Positions 60,699 through 64,000 of a stretch of DNA of 64,000 bases are shown here, in pieces. Both the position numbers and the translations under genes were made by a program. The DNA is from Collinsella sp. GTDB lineage: Bacteria; Actinomycetota; Coriobacteriia; Coriobacteriales; Coriobacteriaceae. Below the pieces are notes generated by a model that was not told the DNA's origin, did no database searches, and saw only the letters and a list, made by a program, of their open reading frames with translations. Each line of letters begins with the position of its first letter. Positions within the stretch are counted from its first letter, which is position 1. The DNA is taken from assembly GCA_048236535.1 (NCBI GenBank), contig DBFAQQ010000037.1:20776-84775 (forward strand). The letters are read 5' to 3'.

Positions 60699-61124
60699 CT
60701 ACATAGAAAAGCTGATCTGTGGCAGATACAGCGGCCCCCATACCCCACCGGCAGCAACATTCTCAATGATGCCCTTTGCAAAGGAATACAGGTCTTGTAT
60801 GCCGAAGCTAAGCGCCTCCCTATCAAATGCCTCATCGTCTAAATCAGACGGAGCACGATAGATACCGGACACGGAAATTTCGGAACGATAATAGTGGCCC
60901 TCATCACTGGGAATGAGCTCTATGACAAGGTTGAGCTGCCGAAATCTAACTCCATTTTCATCAGAGAAGGCACTCGTTATGTCATTTCTAACGTTAAACT
61001 CACCGTCTGACTTATTAATTCCCTCCTTCGGGGCCATTCCGCCATCAAATAAAAACCTATCGACTTTTTTAGACACGCATGTAATCGACGAAGACTCAAT
61101 GCGCTGCTTCTTCAACGAGTCCAT
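60699..61124 (-). CDS. SecB-like chaperone (TAC-2)
   Basis: 141 aa; EISVSGIY, GIQDLYSFAKGII..V..GG..GPLYLP.I matches the SecB pattern. Confidence 0.78.
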   Translation of the reverse strand: MDSLKKQRIESSSITCVSKKVDRFLFDGGMAPKEGINKSDGEFNVRNDITSAFSDENGVRFRQLNLVIELIPSDEGHYYRSEISVSGIYRAPSDLDDEAFDREALSFGIQDLYSFAKGIIENVAAGGVWGPLYLPQISFSM

Positions 61125-61637
61125 TTACATCTCCAATCGGAAGGAATTCTCATCAACCAAAGGATCAGAATCCCTATAAGCAGGGGCTTTTCCTCCTGGT
61201 ATTACAGACAAAAGCGGCGAGCTAAGAGTTGCAGTCCTCTCATGGAGAGCCAAGCCCAGGTATTCGCGCGCCTCGGGAACATCGCGAATGAGCCTCATAA
61301 GGGTATTGGCAGTAACAGTCTGCTGAGACGCTCCGTTCTCCCATCGAGATGACGTTGGTTTTGAAACTCCTAAAAGTGACTCAAATTCATGCTGAGTTAA
61401 GCCTAGATCTGAGCGCAAATGCTTTATTTCCGAGGGAGATAGAAGCTCATGGGCCTTGGCGTATTGCGCGGCAAGCGCATGGGCGAGTTTAGTTGCCTCC
61501 GCAGCGGTCATTTCATCATTGCCGCACTCACAAATATAATGCCCAATTCCTTCAACAGTAATTTTCTCGCCACGGTAAATTTCAGTCATTGGCGCCGTGG
61601 TAAATTGCATTTCCTTGCCACATTCCATGCAACGCAT
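61125..61637 (-). CDS. mqsA: MqsA-family antitoxin (Zn finger + HTH) with a ~40-aa tail (TAC-2)
   Basis: CMECG...YRGE...CECG, LLSPSEIK.LR..LGLTQ.EF..LLG....SRWENG; AGGAGG SD. Confidence 0.88.
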   Translation of the reverse strand: MRCMECGKEMQFTTAPMTEIYRGEKITVEGIGHYICECGNDEMTAAEATKLAHALAAQYAKAHELLSPSEIKHLRSDLGLTQHEFESLLGVSKPTSSRWENGASQQTVTANTLMRLIRDVPEAREYLGLALHERTATLSSPLLSVIPGGKAPAYRDSDPLVDENSFRLEM

Positions 61638-61647
61638 GACTCCTCCT

Positions 61648-61995
61648 TTAATGAATATATCCATCGATGTTCGCAGACAAGACGTTTAGATGCGCCTTGC
61701 CTTCAGAATCGATTGAAAACTTAACGTACCAATCCTCACATTCAAAATCCCGACAAACATAGACGTCTGCGTAAACATCGTGCAAAGGCCCATCCATATC
61801 GAGTGCGATGGATTTCCTAAAATCGCTGGGCTTTAGGTAATCAAATAGATCGGCGAGAAAACGATCAATATCCAAATAGCCATAGTGGTTGATCAGGTGC
61901 CTGCGCACCTTGCCGTTTACAACCATCTCTCCCGAGCAGGCCAAGGATTTGGCCTCGTCTAGAGAATATGTCGGCCGAAACTTGGTTCGGTTCAT
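61648..61995 (-). CDS. mqsR: MqsR-family toxin (TAC-2)
   Basis: PTYSLDEAKSL, DFRKS, ADVY, WYVKF; upstream of mqsA. Confidence 0.8.
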   Translation of the reverse strand: MNRTKFRPTYSLDEAKSLACSGEMVVNGKVRRHLINHYGYLDIDRFLADLFDYLKPSDFRKSIALDMDGPLHDVYADVYVCRDFECEDWYVKFSIDSEGKAHLNVLSANIDGYIH

Positions 61996-62005
61996 GAGCA
62001 CCCCT

Positions 62006-62054
62006 TAGTTAGCATGATGCTAACTATATTCGTATAGTTGCCAATTGGCAACTA
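62006..62054. promoter_or_regulatory. Two palindromic operators upstream of mqsR
   Basis: TAGTTAGCAT-G-ATGCTAACTA (62006-62026) and TAGTTGCCAATTGGCAACTA (62035-62054). Confidence 0.8.
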
Positions 62055-62381
62055 CATTCAGCGCACCAACGTAAGCGATCGATCGGGTGGCGCCTTAGGC
62101 CCGACAAATACAACCCTGACTGCATAATCGAAGAGCGCAAGCGTACAGGGCTAGACCCAGGGCGTAGCCTTACAGACTATTTCTAGAAGATGCTCGTGTC
62201 GAGTCTCGCGGCGCAAATCACAACGTCGTCGACGAACCGCCGCCCCCCTCCGCAACATCCCCCAGAAAGTTCGCTGATGTTGACTGGGGTTCCCGTAAAA
62301 TAAACCGCAACAAAATATGTGCGGAGTGCTGGCCTGGAGCTGCCTTCGGACCCTATTGGCTGCTCACCGAGAGGCTCCGCT

Positions 62382-63467
62382 ATGAAACGACCCCTTTACT
62401 ACCTGCTTTGCGCGATCGCGTGCACGTCCATGGTCAGCGCGACGATGCCCATGGCGGCCATCGCGGAAGCCATCCAGCCTCGGCCAGCAGCCGAGCAGCA
62501 GACGCAAGCCGCCGACACGAACAGCGACACAACCAAGGCCGAAAACGGCACCAACGCAAATGCGACAGCAGATAACCTAGAGGACAGCACAGCAACATCC
62601 ACCGGCATCAGCGCAGCCAACACGGAAAGCGCAACAGGCACCACCGCCGCAACCGGCACCCCCGCCCCATCCCTCCGCGCCCAGACCAACCCCACGCCCG
62701 CCGCAATCTCCGCCACGTCACAAACCGCCTACGCCCACTCCGCCACGGCAACCCAAAACGGCGTTACCTTCACCGCCTCGTGGAACGACGCCCCCGCGGG
62801 CACCGCGACGACCTTCCGCGTAACCCAGGCCAATGGCTCGTCCCAGGCCAAGGCGCGCATGGACGTGCCCACATATCGGGACGGCGGCAGCCAGGAAAGC
62901 GTCTGCGACCCGTCGCGCCAGGCATGGGCCAGCTACTACAGCCTGGGCACCGCGGGCCACGACTTTACCTTTGACTTCACGGCATCGGGCACGTACCGCA
63001 TCCACTTCTACTTTATGGACAACGACAGATACGACCCCCAAAACGACAAGGAGATCTACTACCTGCGCACCACGGCGGAGGAGACCTTAAACGACGCCGC
63101 CCGCCCCAGCGTCACGCAGATCGTCGACAACGCCGTGGACCCGTGCAGGCAAGAGACAGACGGCTCGGAATACGACATGGCGCTGTGGCTCCACGACTGG
63201 ACGCTCGACCAGCCGGGGTACGACCACAGCCTCGACTGGTGCTCGGCCGAAAGCGGCCTCACGCGCCACCAGGGCACCTGCGAGAGCTACCAGCGCATCT
63301 ACTCCAAGCTCCTTGACGCAGCGGGCATCGCCAACGGCCGCATCACCGGCAACGGCCACACCTGGAACGCCGTAAAGATCGACGGCAAATGGTGCCAGAT
63401 GGACCTAACCTGGGACGACACCAGCGACAACTGGTACGGAGAGATCGCGTCGAAAATGTTGGTGTAA
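62382..63467 (+). pseudogene. Secreted transglutaminase-like domain protein, probably truncated by an IS
   Basis: Signal peptide, Thr/Ala linker, GTCESY / GHTWN / DLTWDD triad; last codons lie inside the IS end. Confidence 0.75.
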
Positions 63468-64000
63468 GGGTGACGGCCCTAGCGCCCGTTTAACGAAGAA
63501 CGGCCTTCGTCCTAGAATCTGAAATCACCACAACAACAGGTTCTAGGAAAGGACGAAGGCCGCTATGGAAATCTTATCAGACCCGACGCCGGACATGCTC
63601 GCCATGCCCCGGTTCGACGACGGCGCCATCGACATGCAGGGGCTGCTCAGGCGCCTCGCCGAGCAGGTCGTGAACGCCGTGATGGACGCGGAGGCCGACC
63701 AGCTGTGCGGCGGCGGGGCGAACAGCCGCAACGGCTACCGCGAGAGGGCGCTCGCCACCTGCGTGGGCACGCTGACGCTTCGTATCCCCAAGCTGCGCCC
63801 GGGCAGCTTCTTCCCCGAGGACGTGATTGAGCGCCACCGGCGCGTGGACCGCGCCCCCGTGGCCGCCGTGGCCGAGATGTACGCCACCGGCGCGAGCACC
63901 CGCAAGGTGCAGCGCGTCGCCGAGAAGACGGGCGTGTCCAGGCTCTCCAAGGACCAGGTGGGCGCCATCGCCTCGAGCCTGGACGCAGACATCGAGGACC
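63441..64000 (+). mobile_element. IS256-family insertion sequence (left part)
   Basis: End resembling IS256 termini (GAGATCGCGTCGAAAATGTTGGTGTAA; boundary approximate) followed by a transposase. Confidence 0.8.
63565..64000 (+). CDS. IS256-family transposase, partial (runs off the window)
   Basis: MEILSD...NAVMDAEAD...NSRNGYRER.L.T.VG.L.LRIPKLR.GSFFP...EMYATGASTRKV. Confidence 0.9.
   Translation, partial: MEILSDPTPDMLAMPRFDDGAIDMQGLLRRLAEQVVNAVMDAEADQLCGGGANSRNGYRERALATCVGTLTLRIPKLRPGSFFPEDVIERHRRVDRAPVAAVAEMYATGASTRKVQRVAEKTGVSRLSKDQVGAIASSLDADIED

Overview
High-GC actinobacterial chromosome segment, most likely Coriobacteriia (Collinsella-like; inferred from protein sequences and codon usage). 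Positions 1-56000 are core housekeeping DNA, almost all on the minus strand: rarA, dGTPase, GT2, rluD-lspA, ileS with a T-box, ftsH, thyA-folA, rpmF-plsX-acpP-rnc-smc-ftsY-ffh, asp23-fakA-recG-rsmD-coaD, two tRNA-Asn, rimP-nusA-infB-rbfA-nrnA-truB-ribF-dnaG-rpoD, leuS, guaB and a sucrose PTS locus. Positions ~56000-64000 form an accessory, probably defence, island with visibly more AT-rich patches. It holds two separate toxin-antitoxin-chaperone (TAC) operons (HigB/RelE-HTH-SecB-like and MqsR-MqsA-SecB-like) whose otherwise dissimilar antitoxins share an 'IPGG' tail motif. Between them lie an RloA/RloB (AbiL-like ATPase + Toprim) pair and two short ORF-less promoter-to-terminator units. A secreted transglutaminase-like gene truncated by an IS256-family element ends the window. 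In the core region the most striking non-coding signals are a two-copy ~100-nt covarying hairpin element, REP-like palindromes, a transcriptional Ile T-box with a non-canonical bulge, and a long hairpin in the leuS leader. All functional calls come from motif recognition by eye; no searches were run.
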